Positions 51,376-64,000 of a DNA stretch of 64,000 bases are shown here, piece after piece (position 1 is the stretch's first letter; every line of letters begins with the position of its first letter). Made by a program: the position numbers and the translations under genes. The DNA comes from Cetorhinus maximus (lineage: Eukaryota). Where the stretch lies: positions 372,001 to 436,000 of the forward strand of contig NC_135901.1 in the NCBI RefSeq assembly GCF_964194155.1. The letters are read 5' to 3'. The notes under the pieces are model-generated. The model saw nothing but the letters and a program-made list of their open reading frames with translations. It did no database searches and had not been told where the DNA came from.

Positions 51376-51889
51376 CAGCGCCAATGACACTCGAAATACA
51401 GAATATAAAACAATTTTGTTACCCAACTGAAATAAACTAATTTAAAAACACATATAAATTCTGTACGTCGCTATGTTCTATTTCTCAAAGTGATTTAAAT
51501 TTCTGCTATCCTGTGAGAATACGCTGAGCTTTTAAAGCTTTTTCACTGGTGCCCATCTTCCTCCTCCCCTCTAGGTGCTGACCCTGGCTGGGTTAAACCT
51601 CAAAGTCACTGGTTCCTCCCTCCTTCCGTTTCGACCTCTGATAATGAATGTTCATTCTTTTATGGAATGATACATCACAGATAGAATTTAATTCAGCTTA
51701 TCACACCTGTGCTTTTTTGAAGATCCATCCAATTAATTCCACAGCCCTGCTGGCAGGGTCAGAACAATGTATATCTACTGTAGTAATGCAAGTGGTGAAT
51801 GGAAAAGGCTTTCTAGTTGGATGCTTCTTAGACACACCCACCCCTGTGGAAAGATCTGTTTATTTAACAAGTATAAAGGATTCACTGAA

Positions 51890-52330
51890 ATAAAAACAGA
51901 AAGTTCTGGAAAAACTCAACAGGTTTGGCAGCATCATTGGAGAGAGAAACAGAGTTAACATTCTGAGTCTAATACGACTCTCCTTCAGAAATGAAATGGA
52001 CAGATTTTCATCCTTTATTCCAACATTAAAACGTACTGTGTTTTGTTTGTTTATCACAACCATTACCACTCCCTTTACCTTTCATTCAATTACATCTTTG
52101 TTATTTAATCTCTCCCTCCCTCTAACCTATCCCTGACCTTCTCTTTTGTTCGACCTGACACAATTTTTTGAACAGCATAAAACCCACCCCATTTCTACCT
52201 CTCTTCAGTTCCAAAGAAGACTCATATTTCACCCGAAACATTAACTCTGTTTCTCTCTCCACAGATGCTGCCAGACCTGTTGAGTTTTTCCAGAACCTTC
52301 TGTTTTTATTTCAGATCTCCAGCATCCACA
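51890..52330. mobile_element. Penelope-like element with inverted termini
   Basis: 51890-51990 is the reverse complement of ~52205-52315. Confidence 0.7.
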
Positions 52331-52389
52331 GGTATAATGCTTTCAAATAATAGTTAAGCACACAGAGTACTGGTAGAGTTTAATTGAAT

Positions 52390-54200
52390 AATTCTGCACG
52401 CCCCATATACCAGTGACATTACTAAGAAAGGGCTAAATTAAGAGAATATTCCTGGAATGACAGAGTTAATGAATTATGGAGTTACAAAGCAAAGGTATTA
52501 ATATCCTGTAATCTCACAAATACCAATTGGCTCGGATGTTGCAGTATGAAAGAACCCCACATAGTTGTCACATGAAAGAGGCAGTGTCCAATGGACGTGT
52601 TAAGGCCACACTACTGTTAAACTCCAGTGGAGTTTATGTGGATGGGCCTCGGTTTTATAAATAAGGACTGTATCAGACTCGTGTTGTGGCTTTGCTTCTT
52701 GACAGCCATAGTACCTTTATTAAATACCCACCGCAATATTTAGCCCAGAAGTCCGAGGTTATTGTGATCACAGCCCTTCAATCTGTTACTGATGGAATCT
52801 CCAACTATTCTGAAAATATCCTTTGGTTGTAACTCCCTCGGAAAAAACCTACGTCTCTAGCAAAAAAAAAAACACAGCTTCTCCACAACAGAAAGGAAAT
52901 CGCTCACCCACCACTCCAAACTTCGAATGATTTGGGATCTTGCTGGTAAGTGACTGGGACAAGTTGCCATTTGTAAGGTGAATGTAGTTCAGCAGCAGGA
53001 GTTAGTGAAGAGGGTGGTGGTAATAACCAGGACGACTAACTCACCAGGAAAGCTGCTCCAGAGGCGTTTCCTTGGGATCCACTCAAAACACAATCATTGG
53101 CACTGGTAGGACAGTCTCCAGTAAAACCTGATTTAAAAACTTGTCAGGACCCTGACCCTGATGTGACTGTGGTCAAAGAGGATGTACACCATAGCAAAGA
53201 CTTTCCCTCATCTCTCACAGCAAGTAAGGATTCACTCATCCTCCACAATGAGGTTTGCTATCACAAGGATGGCTCTAATTTTGATTTAGGTCACACCTAG
53301 ATGGCTTAGAAAAGAATGAATTTTGTTTATGAATCAAATTAGGGGAGTGTTTCTCTGTTTCAAGTCCTCAATATGTTACATAATTACTCTTGGTGGCTGA
53401 GGATGCACCAGGATGTCCATTATCACCTGAATCTGTGTCTCATCTGTATCCAAACTAATCCAGCCCTGCGAAATGTAAGGTCCCAATGGGCACATCCCAT
53501 CTGAATTATATCGCTGGGAAACATAGGCAGGCCCACGACCCACAGTAAAGGAGGGGACCAGTATATCCTGGTAGTTTATAGGTATGTTTACCTGGTGGAT
53601 TGAAGCTTTCCCTGTCTGTAAAAATGATGCAGTCGCAACAGCTAAAACCTTGTGGGAACAAATCTTTACCAGACGTGGCTTTCGGAAAAGGATAGAGAGT
53701 GATAATGGTTCTCATTTCACAGCAGTAGTAATGCAGCAGCTGGGTCATCTTGTGGGTGTGGAACAACATTTCCACATCCCCTACCACCCAGAGTCCAGTG
53801 GGATGGTCGGGAGCTTTAATCACTCGGGAGAAAAGACACTGAAAAGACACTGAAAAAAGCTGTCATGGGGGGAGCTAATGATCTGGTCGAGGCCAATGAC
53901 TGGGTCACTGCCTTGCCTGGTGTCCTAATGACCATTCACTCCACTCCTGTTCACTCCCTGGTTCAGCTCATGACAAGTCGGCCAATCCAGATTGTGAATC
54001 CCCCCCCGGGTCGCACTCCCCATTGCTACTCGACAGGCTCAGGACCAGTATTTCCAGAACCTCCAACAAACTTCAACATCCTCCCTGCTACAGGCAGTGG
54101 AGAAGATGGTGCTGCCCATCTCAACACCTCCAGGGAGAACCAACCCACCCATTACATTAACTGTTCAATGAGAGATGAAGTCATGTTAAAAACATTGTGA
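52390..54200 (+). mobile_element. Decayed retrovirus-like pol (RNase H and integrase)
   Basis: VYVDG, AQKSEVI, AICKV and GNNQ-D..RKAA (RNase H); WWLRMHQDV..CLIC (HHCC); FTWWIEAFP, SDNGSHF and HIPYHPESSGMV (integrase core). Confidence 0.7.
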
Positions 54201-54733
54201 AACGGGGTTGGTCTGGGGGGCGGGGGTGGGGGGGGGGGCTACCTTGGAAAATCCATTTGATGATCTAAATAGATTGGAGAAATGAATCTTATATTAGCAA
54301 ATTGGAAACGAGGGAAGGAAATACAATATCTGTGTTACCATGGAGATCAGTGTAAACTGTACAAAATGAAAAGGTCAGATAACAAGATGGAGAATAAACG
54401 CTGTGTTTGATTTTATCAACAGGGACAAGATGTGGATGGTCATCGTGCTCCTGGACAGTGTCCAGGCTGAAGTTCTGTTCCTGCCGTATGATCCTCCCCC
54501 AGATTATCCTTTCTGAGCTCCAGCCAGGTGATGTTAAACACTCAGGTGGGAAAGACAAAATTGTACAACAATATATTTAAAACAATGCTGATTTATTTAA
54601 TATATAACCATAATACTAAACTTCAGTTCAATTATTAACATCAGAAGAAAGAAACACCAACTCTCAGAATGAACATGGTTCAGTCCTGGGTGTGATTAAC
54701 AGCAGCAATAACAGCAGAATCTAACCCCTGCTG

Positions 54734-55568
54734 TCACTTGTGAACTCGCTGGTGTCTCACCAGGTTGGATAACTGAGTGAATTCTTTCCCACACTCGGAG
54801 CAAGTAAACAACCTCGCCCCCCCCGCCAGTGTGAACTCGCTGGTGTCTCAGGAGGTTGGATAAATGGACGAATCCCTTCCCACACTCAGAGCAGGTGAAC
54901 GGCCTCTCCCGTGTGTGTACATTGGCGTGCGAGCAATTCACGCCTGCTTTTAAAGTTCTTCTCACAGTCAGAACATTTAAAGGACCTCTGATCAGTGTGA
55001 ACCAGTTGGTGTGCAGTGAAGCAGGATAATCATGAGAATTTCTTACCTCACACAGAGCAGGCGAATCCCTCCCCGTGTGAAATCGCTGGTGTATCAGAAA
55101 GTCAGATGAATGAACGAATCCCTTCCCACACTCGCAGCAGGTGAGCTGCCTCTCCCTGCTGTTGGTGTGTCAGCAACTTGTACCTGCTTTTAAAGATCTT
55201 CTCACAGTCAGGACATTTGAAAGGTCTCTTATCTGTGTGAACCAGTTGGTAAAAGTGAGGTGGGATGACCGAGAGAATCCATTCCCACAATCAGAGCAGG
55301 TGAACGGCCTCCCCACCAATGTGAACTCCCTGGTGGGCCAGCAGGTGGGCTGACTGAATCAATTCCTCCCACAGGTACAGCAGGTGAGTGGCCTCTCTCC
55401 TGTGTGAACTCTCTGGTGTACCCGAAGGTCAGATGAATTAATGAATTCATTGCCACACAAGAAGCAGGGGAATGGTCTCTCCCCAGTATGAGTGTGTCGA
55501 TGGATTTCCAACTGCAATTGGCATTTGAATTCCTTCCCACAGTCTCCACATTTCCATGGTTTCTCCAT
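54734..55568 (-). pseudogene. Zinc-finger pseudogene I
   Basis: MEKPWKC start, multiple frameshifts after finger 2 and the family HK* end at 54734-54736. Confidence 0.85.
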
Positions 55569-56049
55569 GGTGCTGGTGACCTTCTGCCTCTCCAATCAGT
55601 TGAAGCTTCGTCCACACACACAACACATGTACATTTTCTCCTCGCTGTGAGTGGTGTGATTCTTTTCAGGCTGTGTACCGGAACACTGGAACACTCGCAC
55701 TCAGGTGTGTGTGTCTCGGTGCTTTTCCGGTCACACTGATGTTTGAAATCTCTTCCCATGGACAAATATTTCTCCTTCCATGTTCAAAGGCCGATGATAT
55801 TCAGGCCCTGATGAATCGAGTGACTCTGTCAGATCTTGATAATTGGTTTTAGTTTCACAGCTGTAAATCCTCTCCTCCTAATACCTTGTAAAAAGAGTTT
55901 ACACAGAATTACACAGAATGTACAGAATAGACACAGGCCATTCTTCCCAACTAGTCACTGCTGGTCTTTACACTCCACAAGCTTCACCTTCCATTCCATC
56001 TACCTCAGTTCAGTCTTTAAGTTTATCTTTTTATTCCTTTTTCTCTTGT

Positions 56050-57790
56050 CTACTTTCCTTTTGAAATTATCTCAGCTTTTTGCCACAACCACTTCCTGTG
56101 GTAGTGAGTTCGCTTTATAACCGCTCTCTGAGTAAACACATATCTCCTTATTTCCCTACCGGATTTATCAGTAACTATCTTGTATTTCTGGCTCCTAGTT
56201 TTGGATTCTCCCACAAATGGAAACATTCTCTCCACATCTACAAGGTCCCACATGGCAGACTGGGCAGAAAAATAAAACCTCATGGGACCCCAGGGCAAGG
56301 TACAAGTTGGATGCAAAGTTGACTCAATGGTAGGAAGTGATGAATGATGGTTGATGGGTGTTTTTTTTTGTGACTGGAAGGCTGTTTCCAGTGGGGTTTC
56401 ACAGGGCTCAGTACTGGGTCCATCATTCCTGGTTTATATCACTGATTCAGACTTAAATGTAGGGACATGAATAAGAAGTTTGCGCATGATACAAAAAACA
56501 AATGAATGTGTGCTTGGTAGTGAGATAGAAAGCTGGAGACTACAGGGAGATAAGAATGTACTGGTCAGGTAGGCAAGACCATAAGAGATAGGCCATTCAG
56601 CCCATCGAGGCTGCACCATGGCTGATCTGATTGTGGTCTTAACGCCACGTTCCAGTCTGTCCCCAATCCCATTAACCTTTGATTCCCTTATAGGTCAAAA
56701 ATCTGTCGAACTCAGTCTTGAAATATTCAATGACTCAGCCTCCACACGCTCTGTGAAAGAGAATTCCAGAGACTAATGCCCCTCTGAGAGAAAAATATTC
56801 CTCCTCATCACCGTCTTAAATGGGAGACCCCTTATTTTTAAACAGTGTCCCTTACTTAACAATTCCCCCATGAGAGGAAACAAATTCTTAGCATTTACCC
56901 TGCAAATCCCCTCAGAATCTTGTATGTTTCAGTAAGATCACCTCTCATTCTTCTAAACTCCAATGGGTACAGGCCCAATCTTTCCTCATAAGACAACCCC
57001 TTCATCCCGGGAATCAGCCTAGTAAACCTTCTCTGAACTGTTTCTGATGCAAGTATAACTCTCCTTAAGTCAGGAGACCAAAATTGTTCACAGCACTCTA
57101 GATGCAGTCTCACCAATGCCCTGTACAATTACAGCAAGATTCTCCTACTTTTATACACCATCCCCATTGCAATAATGGTCAACACTCCATTTGCCTTCCT
57201 AATCACTTCCTGTACATGAATGCTAACTTTATGTGATTCATGTACAAGGACACCCAGATTTCTCTGAGCTGCAGCATTCTGCAGTCTTTCTCTCGCTATT
57301 TCAATAATATTCTGCTTTTCTATTCTTCCTGCCAAAGTGGACATCCTCATATTTTACCACATTATACACCATCTGCCTACTTAACTTAACTTATCTATAT
57401 CGGATTGCAGACTCTTTATATCCTCCTCACAACTTGCCTTCCTACCTATCTTTACATCATTAGAAAATTTAGCTACAATACAATTGGTCCCTTCATCCAA
57501 GTCATGAGTATAGATCAGAAATAGTTGAGGCCCCAACACTGACCCTGTGGCACTCCACTAGTTACAGTTTGCTAACCTCAAAATGACCCATTTATCCCAA
57601 CTCACTCTTTCCTGTTAGTCAGCCAATCCTCTATCCATGCTAATATATCACCCTCAACATCATGAGCTCTTATCTTGTGCAGTCACCTTTAATGTGGGAG
57701 TTCATTGAAGGCCTTTTGGAAATCCAAACACACTACATCTACTGGTTCCCCTTTATCCACCCTGCTTATTATATCCTCAAAGAACTCAAG
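56050..57790. mobile_element. Nested CR1 LINE fragments (mostly minus strand)
   Basis: RLHLECCEQFWSP, QRNLGVLVHES and ERMFPFVGESKTR motifs, with a short plus-strand piece at ~56240-56575. Confidence 0.85.
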
Positions 57791-58024
57791 GCTCCTCCAT
57801 CATTTTGGAGGTGAGGATGGGGCAGACAGGGGGGAGGGAGAGTCCTTCAAAAGAAACTAACTTAAGTTAGAAATATTAAAAGATCCAACACACTGTGTGT
57901 TTAACACAAATCTGATTTGACTTTTGTCCAGAATATTAATCACTGTAACTGGGCTGGACTTCATGAACATCAGAAACAGACCCAAATGGACAAATGGATT
58001 AACAGCAAAATCCAATCAGATTAG

Positions 58025-58894
58025 TTACTTGTGAACTCGCTGGTGTCTCAGCAGGGTGGCTGAGTGAGAAAACCTCTTCTTACACACGGAGCAGGTGAAT
58101 GGCTTCTCCCCAGTGTGAACTCGCTGGTGTGTCAGCAAGGTTGACGACTGAGTGAATCTCTTCCCACAGTAAGAGCAGGTGAACGGTCTCTCCCCAGTAT
58201 GAACTCGCTGGTGCTCCAGCAGGTCAGTTGACTGAGTGAATCCCTTCCCACACTTGGAGCAGGTGAATGGCCTCTCCCCAGTGTGAACTCGCTGGTGTTT
58301 CAATAGGGTGGATGAATTAGTGAATCCCTTCCCACACTCGGGGCAGGTGAATGGTCTCTCCCCAGTGTGAAGTCGCTGGTGTGTCAGCAGGCGTGATGAC
58401 CAAGTGAATTCCTTCCCACACTTCATGCAGGTGAACGGACTCTCTCCAGTGTGAACTCGTTTGTGCACAGTGAGGTCAGATAATTGCCTGAACCCATTCC
58501 CACAGTGAGAGCACCTGAACGGTCTCTCATCAGTGTGAACACGTTGATGGCGCATCAATTCCCCTGAACTTTTATAGCACTTCCCGCAGTCTGGGCATTT
58601 AAAAGGTCTCTCGTCAGTGTGAACTCGCTGGTGAGCCAACAGGTTGCATGACAGAGTGAATCCCTTCCCACACTTGGAGCAAGTGAATGGTCTCTCCCCA
58701 GTGTGAATGCGACGATGAATTTCCAGTTCAACTGGATAATTGAATCCCTTCCCACAGTCCCCACATTTCCATGGTTTCTCCCCATTGTGACTGCATTTAT
58801 GTTCTGACAGGTTAGATAATTGGTTGAAGCCTCGTCCACACACACAACACGTGTACGGTTTCTCTTCATTATGGACGGTGCTTTCTCCTTCCAT
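58025..58894 (-). CDS. C2H2 zinc-finger protein J, 10 fingers, 289 aa
   Basis: First ATG (aacATGg) gives [19 protein letters not shown]... to HK*, with 10 intact fingers. Confidence 0.92.
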   Translation of the reverse strand: MEGESTVHNEEKPYTCCVCGRGFNQLSNLSEHKCSHNGEKPWKCGDCGKGFNYPVELEIHRRIHTGERPFTCSKCGKGFTLSCNLLAHQRVHTDERPFKCPDCGKCYKSSGELMRHQRVHTDERPFRCSHCGNGFRQLSDLTVHKRVHTGESPFTCMKCGKEFTWSSRLLTHQRLHTGERPFTCPECGKGFTNSSTLLKHQRVHTGERPFTCSKCGKGFTQSTDLLEHQRVHTGERPFTCSYCGKRFTQSSTLLTHQRVHTGEKPFTCSVCKKRFSHSATLLRHQRVHK

Positions 58895-59439
58895 GTTCAA
58901 ATTCCAATGATATTCAGGTTATGATAAATTGGGCGACTCTGTCAGATCCTGATGTGATATTTAGTTGGGGTTTTCCGGATGCAAATCCTCGCCTTCTAAT
59001 ACCCTATGAAATTGATTTAAAACAGAAAAAAAGGAGTGAGAGACAACTCACAGAAACAAACACAGGTTGTGAAATTAAGCTGAATGTATCTGGTAATTTG
59101 TGGGGACAGCATGAGGAAAAAGCTGCTTTATTCTTGTAAAAACGCACCTGATTCACTAATGTCCTTCAGGGAAGCGAACCTGCCAGACAGTCTGGAACTA
59201 ACCAAGACTCTGACCTCTATGGGAGGAGGGTAAGGGAAACAGGGCGAGAAGAAGGAGGGAGATTTTATGTGCCTTCAACCCGACCAGAACTTTGACAAAC
59301 CTCCCAAACCCTCAATCTCCACCACCTAAAAATAAATCCTTCCCTTCGAACCCTCTGTAAAAGGAGTTTCCAAAATCCATCCCTGTCAGTCCAGGATAGA
59401 AATGCACAATATTCTCTCCTCCTGCTGACAGGGACATGG

Positions 59440-59860
59440 ATTACTGCGCATGCGCCCTGCTGAACATTGCCCCCTATAAAGATGGCGGCCATTAACTCGG
59501 GCCTGTGATCAAGTTCAGTTCTGCGGCTGTTGCCCTACCTGGAGTCAATGCGGGACTGGTAGATTCTTAACCTTGGTCCGAGTCCTCCACTAGGTGTTTA
59601 CGAGGCCTCTCCGCCCATTCCGCCGCCTCCGTTACGCCCCGATAATCAGCCGTAATTCACTGATTGCAGAGTCCAGGTGACCTCCTCACTGCGGTTGCAG
59701 CACCCAAACTGCACATGCGCCAGTTCCAACCCGCGATGCGCATGCTCCGGTCACAACCCATCACTGCGCATGCGCCAGGGTATCCTATAATGAGTATACG
59801 GCACAGCCTGCATCGTCGAGAATGCTGGGTAAAGTCCGCGCCATTGAACGATGACATTGT
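59440..59860 (-). promoter_or_regulatory. CpG-rich promoter of J
   Basis: TGCGCATGCGC sites (~59446, ~59766), YY1 AAGATGGCGGC (~59479), CCAAT and ZNF143-like gaatgctgggta. Confidence 0.7.
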
Positions 59861-60149
59861 TCAATAGAAAATTATGATTTGTGACCTGATGACGATGCAG
59901 CCATAGGGCCAAGATATAGCATTATTAAAATAATTGATACAGCAATCAAAGTGGTCCTCCACCTTAATTCTGTCCTGGGTATAATTCACAGCAGAACAAG
60001 CCACTAAGGTTAAGTGTGAACTCACTGGAGTCTCTGCAACTGGGGTGAACAAGTGATTTTTTCACCCATATGCAGAACATTTAAAACATGCCTTCTCTGT
60101 AAGAGTGTACCCATTGTGGATAAAATCCTTTGAACTTTCAAAGCTGAAG

Positions 60150-60410
60150 TGTGAACAGGTGGGCAAACTGAATTAAAACTCTAATAATGACCATGAAATC
60201 ATTGTTGATTGTCATAATAACCCATCTGGTTGATTGATGTCCTTTAGGGAAGGAAATCTGCTGTTCTCGCCTGGTCTGGCCTACATGTGACGCGAGGACA
60301 CAGCAATGTGGCTGACTCTTTAAAAAATGTCCTCTGAACAAGGGCAATTAAGGATGGGCAATAAATGCTGGCCTAGCCAGCGACATTCACATCCTACAAT
60401 GAATTAAAAT
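60150..60410 (+). mobile_element. Headless copy of the L2-tailed SINE
   Basis: Matches 12870-13050. Confidence 0.7.
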
Positions 60411-61084
60411 ACCACGTGTGTAGTATCTGAGATGCCTCTGTGTGATGTGACTGTGCTGCTGTGTCAGTAAATGGGATAACTGAGTGAATTCATTTCCACA
60501 TTCAGCTGGTGAACGACTTATTCATAGGTGTGAATTTACCCGAGTTTCCAGTTCAGATGGGGATCTCAAACCCTTCCGGTGATGAATTCCAGATTCTCAA
60601 CATTCTCCTTGTAAAAAAAATACTGCAGGTGCTGTAAATCTGAAATAAAAACACAAAATTCTGGAATTTTCTGCAGAGCTGGGAGTGTCTGCAGAGGGGA
60701 AATATAATTTACATTTCAGGTCTGCAACCTTTCGTCAGAACTGCACTGTGTCAGTGCACAAAGCTGAAATGTTAACCATGTTTCCCAATCCACAGATGCT
60801 GCCAGACATGGTGAGGATTGAAGCATTTTCTGGTTTTATCTCCTGTTATCTCCAGAATTGCACATTAGATTTGTTGGTGATGAACTTACGTTTATTCTCG
60901 TCCATCTGAAACTGGAACCATCCTCAACTTGTCTACTTTGTCAGCCCCTTTTATAATCTGAAAAGCTCGATCAGGTCACCTCTCACTCTCTTTAGCAGAG
61001 AAAACATCTCTAACTTGTTCAATCTTTCTTGATAGGCATAATGTTGTAGCTCTGGCATCGTTCCAGTACATTTGATACAAGCAC

Positions 61085-61785
61085 AGCAGATGCAGCAACC
61101 ACCTTTTCACCTCCTCCGTTCCCATGTTCCAGGGCCACAAATATACTTTCTGAGTGATACAGCAAATTATTTATACTACTTTCACTTTAGGATCGTGTAT
61201 TCACTGCTCATGATGTGATCCCTTCCATACTGAGGTGACTAAATCAAGATTGGATAACTGCTTTGTGGAACATCACCATTCAATCTTCAAGCATGTTCCT
61301 GAGCATCCAGTCGTTTGCTATTTTAATTCTCCACCTCATTCCCAGTCTGACCTCTCTGTCCTCAGCTTCCTGCACTGATCATAATCACTACTCCCATTAT
61401 TTCAGACAGTAGTTGCTGGTAATGGTTCTGCTGATATCATTTATACTCCCTCTGGATCTGAATTGTATTTGTTCACTTGTCTCATTCGTTTATTTACTTG
61501 TCTCATTATCACACAATTTTGTCTGACATTATCTTCCCCTTTGTCATTTAATCACTACTGCCTTCCATTAACAATATTCTTTCTTCTCTTCCCCTCTCCT
61601 TTCCCTGGCTCTGTACTTGTTTGTGAACAATTACGTCTCTAAATTCTTCAAGCTTTGATAAAGGCTCACTCACCTTAAACATTGATGCTGCTGCCCTCTC
61701 CATAGAGGCTCTTTGACCTGCTGAGTGTTTCCAGCATTATCTGTTTTAAGTTCAGATCTGCAGCATCTGCAGTATTTTGTTTTTG
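61085..61785 (+). mobile_element. Old Penelope-like element 3' part
   Basis: Degenerate GIY-YIG region (~61195-61330) and terminal repeat similar to 43880-44845. Confidence 0.6.
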
Positions 61786-62949
61786 GGTCATTGTGGAACA
61801 GTATGACTGATCATACAACTCTCAGTCTAATTCACAAAAAGGAAATGCTGTGAATACTGAGCAGGTCAGACTAAAGGAAATACAGGGAATACTGTGCAGG
61901 TCAGACTGAGAGTCTGTGGAGAGAGAGACACAGTTAATGGCCCAAGACACTGAACGTCCATCAGGACAAGTTCACAGATGGGGAACGGGGAGGATGGGGA
62001 AATAATAAAAGTGAAGGTGTGATTGGGGGAGATTAAATAACAAAGGGGATGAGGATGCAAGGCAAAAGCGATTATAACGGAACTCGTGATGAAACTACAG
62101 TTGAAAGAGCCGTTATGTATCTGTCATCTATTTCTGCTCTGATTGAAAATGTGTTGCTTCTCTATTGACCCATTTCACTTCTGTCCTACACGAAAAACGC
62201 TCAATCTTTCTCCACCATTACCTTTTACAAACATTTAATTGAACAAACACACAGTCACATAGGAAAACAGCAATCATTTTGAAGTGTTGAAACAATGAAA
62301 CAAATATTTTCATAAACATCTTGTTCATGATTCATATCAATATTTTAGAGATAATTTTTAGCTTGGGGAAGATTAAAGTTGTAAGGATAAGGTTATTAAC
62401 ATTCTAGACTTTTGAAATTGCCAGGACACCTCAAGAAATGATCGTTCAAAGGGTGACACGTGTTTGTTTAACATGGTCTGCATAGAAGAGGGAGAGAGAG
62501 AAAAAGCTATAAAATGGCAGGTGAACTCATTTAGCGAGAAATCTGGAGACAGAGTGTGTGTGAGCTGTATTGTCTAGTCTTTGTTAAAGAGATGAATTAT
62601 ATAAGCAGACTTCAGGGTTAAGAGGTTTGGTTAATTCACGTAATTATCTATTGGTACATGGGCTCTCTTTTGAAATACCATCATGTATTGTACATTAGGC
62701 CACTCCTACAAACTTGTCCCTTGTACTTCCAGTGAAGTCGAGGGCAGTTTTCAATGGCTGTTTCAGTGGATTGAAAATCAGAGTGATGCACAGACACAGT
62801 GTGGTTCTGATGAAAGGCCACAGGCTGAAATACATGTAAACTGTGTTTCTTTCTCCACAGACACAATCAGATCTGCTAAAAATTCTAGCACTTTCTGTTT
62901 TTCATTCAGGTTTCCAGCATCCGCAGTAGTTTTCTTTTCCTGAACTGGA

Positions 62950-63245
62950 GAATGTGGAGCTCATTGCAAGAAGGATTTGAGATCCCCGTCTCAGCTGGAA
63001 ACTGATGAGTAAAATCACAGCGTGAAAAGATCATCACCATCTGGAAGTGGAAAGGGATTCAGTCGGTCATCCCATTTACTGACACAATAGCAGTCAGACT
63101 GCAGGGAGACCTTTCAAGTATTTCACGAGTGAGAGAAGATTTGCTTAGTTTTCTCACCTCCCAATCCACCAATTTAGAAAGTTCAAAGGATTTGATTCAC
63201 AAGCAGCGCTTTCTTACTGGAAAGAGACATCTTAAGTGTTCTGAG
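62950..63245 (+). pseudogene. Highly decayed zinc-finger remnant
   Basis: GFEIPSQLET and [13 protein letters not shown] relics, with an inverted counterpart at ~60445-60560. Confidence 0.55.
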
Positions 63246-63449
63246 CCTTGGGAAAAAAAATCATGTTTCCCCCACGTTCTGAGACTCCAGTGAGTTTGAA
63301 GTTAACTGTTGAATTGTTAATTTCTATTAATTACACCCAGGACAGAACTATGTTGGAGGACCTGTGCACTTTGGTTGCTGTATCAATTGATGTAATAATT
63401 TCATATCTTGGCCCTATGACTCCAATCGATCACAAAACATGATTTTCTA

Positions 63450-63925
63450 TTCAACTATATCGCTGCTCAATGGCCGAGGATTTACCCAGCATTCGCAGCG
63501 GGGCAGAATATGCCCTATCCTCGCTGCAGGAAGGCTTTGCGCAGGCGCAATACCAAGTGTGTGTCGAGCATTGTGGGTGCGTTTAGGGGAGCATGCGCAG
63601 TTGCTTCCTGCAGCAAGAGCTAGTCGAAAGAGTTGACACTTTCCGAGTGCAGACGAGTCAATGAAGCCGGTAGATGGGGTGGATTGGAGGCGGTGGAGTG
63701 GGCAGTGAGATGTTATACAGGTGCACTGGAGGCTTCGACACCCGAGTAAATTGCAGTGGCCCCGTGGTCGCAGCGAACGGTCGTGGGGGGAGCTGCGGGC
63801 CGCAGTTCTCAGTAAAATGGCGGAGTTAACGGCCGCCATCTTGAGCGGGGTCAATATGCTGCAGTACGCATGCGCAGACATCCCTGTCCCTGTCAGCAGG
63901 AGGAGAGAATGTTGTGAATTTCTAT
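63450..63925 (+). promoter_or_regulatory. CpG-rich promoter, inverted paralog of J's promoter
   Basis: Reverse-complement similarity to 59395-59870, with YY1 sites (AAAATGGCGG, GCCGCCATCTT), NRF1 CGCATGCGCA and TACCCAGCATTC. Confidence 0.65.
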
Positions 63926-64000
63926 AAAAACAAAAAACTGCGGATGCTGGAAATCCAAAACAAAAATAGAAATACCTGGAAAAACTCAGCTGGTCCGGCA
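63926..64000 (-). mobile_element. Penelope-like terminal fragment running off the window
   Basis: aaaactgcggatgctggaaatcc...tacctggaaaaactcagc. Confidence 0.8.

Overview
Vertebrate genomic DNA, most likely from a shark or ray (inferred from the CR1, Penelope-like and Deu-SINE repeats and the MEKPWKC-type zinc-finger genes). The window is a cluster of about ten paralogous C2H2 zinc-finger loci with no recognisable KRAB or other effector domain. Seven have open reading frames (A partial, B, D, E, F, G, J) and three are disabled (C, H, I). They lie mostly in alternating head-to-head and tail-to-tail orientation around duplicated CpG-rich promoters, and share first exons, a 5' leader of decayed fingers and a 3' UTR. 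The spaces between genes hold CR1 LINE fragments, Penelope-like elements with minimal hammerhead motifs, tRNA-derived SINEs, a copia-order LTR element, a retrovirus-like pol remnant, a probable Helentron-type element and minisatellites. No rRNA, true tRNA or CRISPR array was seen. All alignments were made by eye, so repeat boundaries are approximate.
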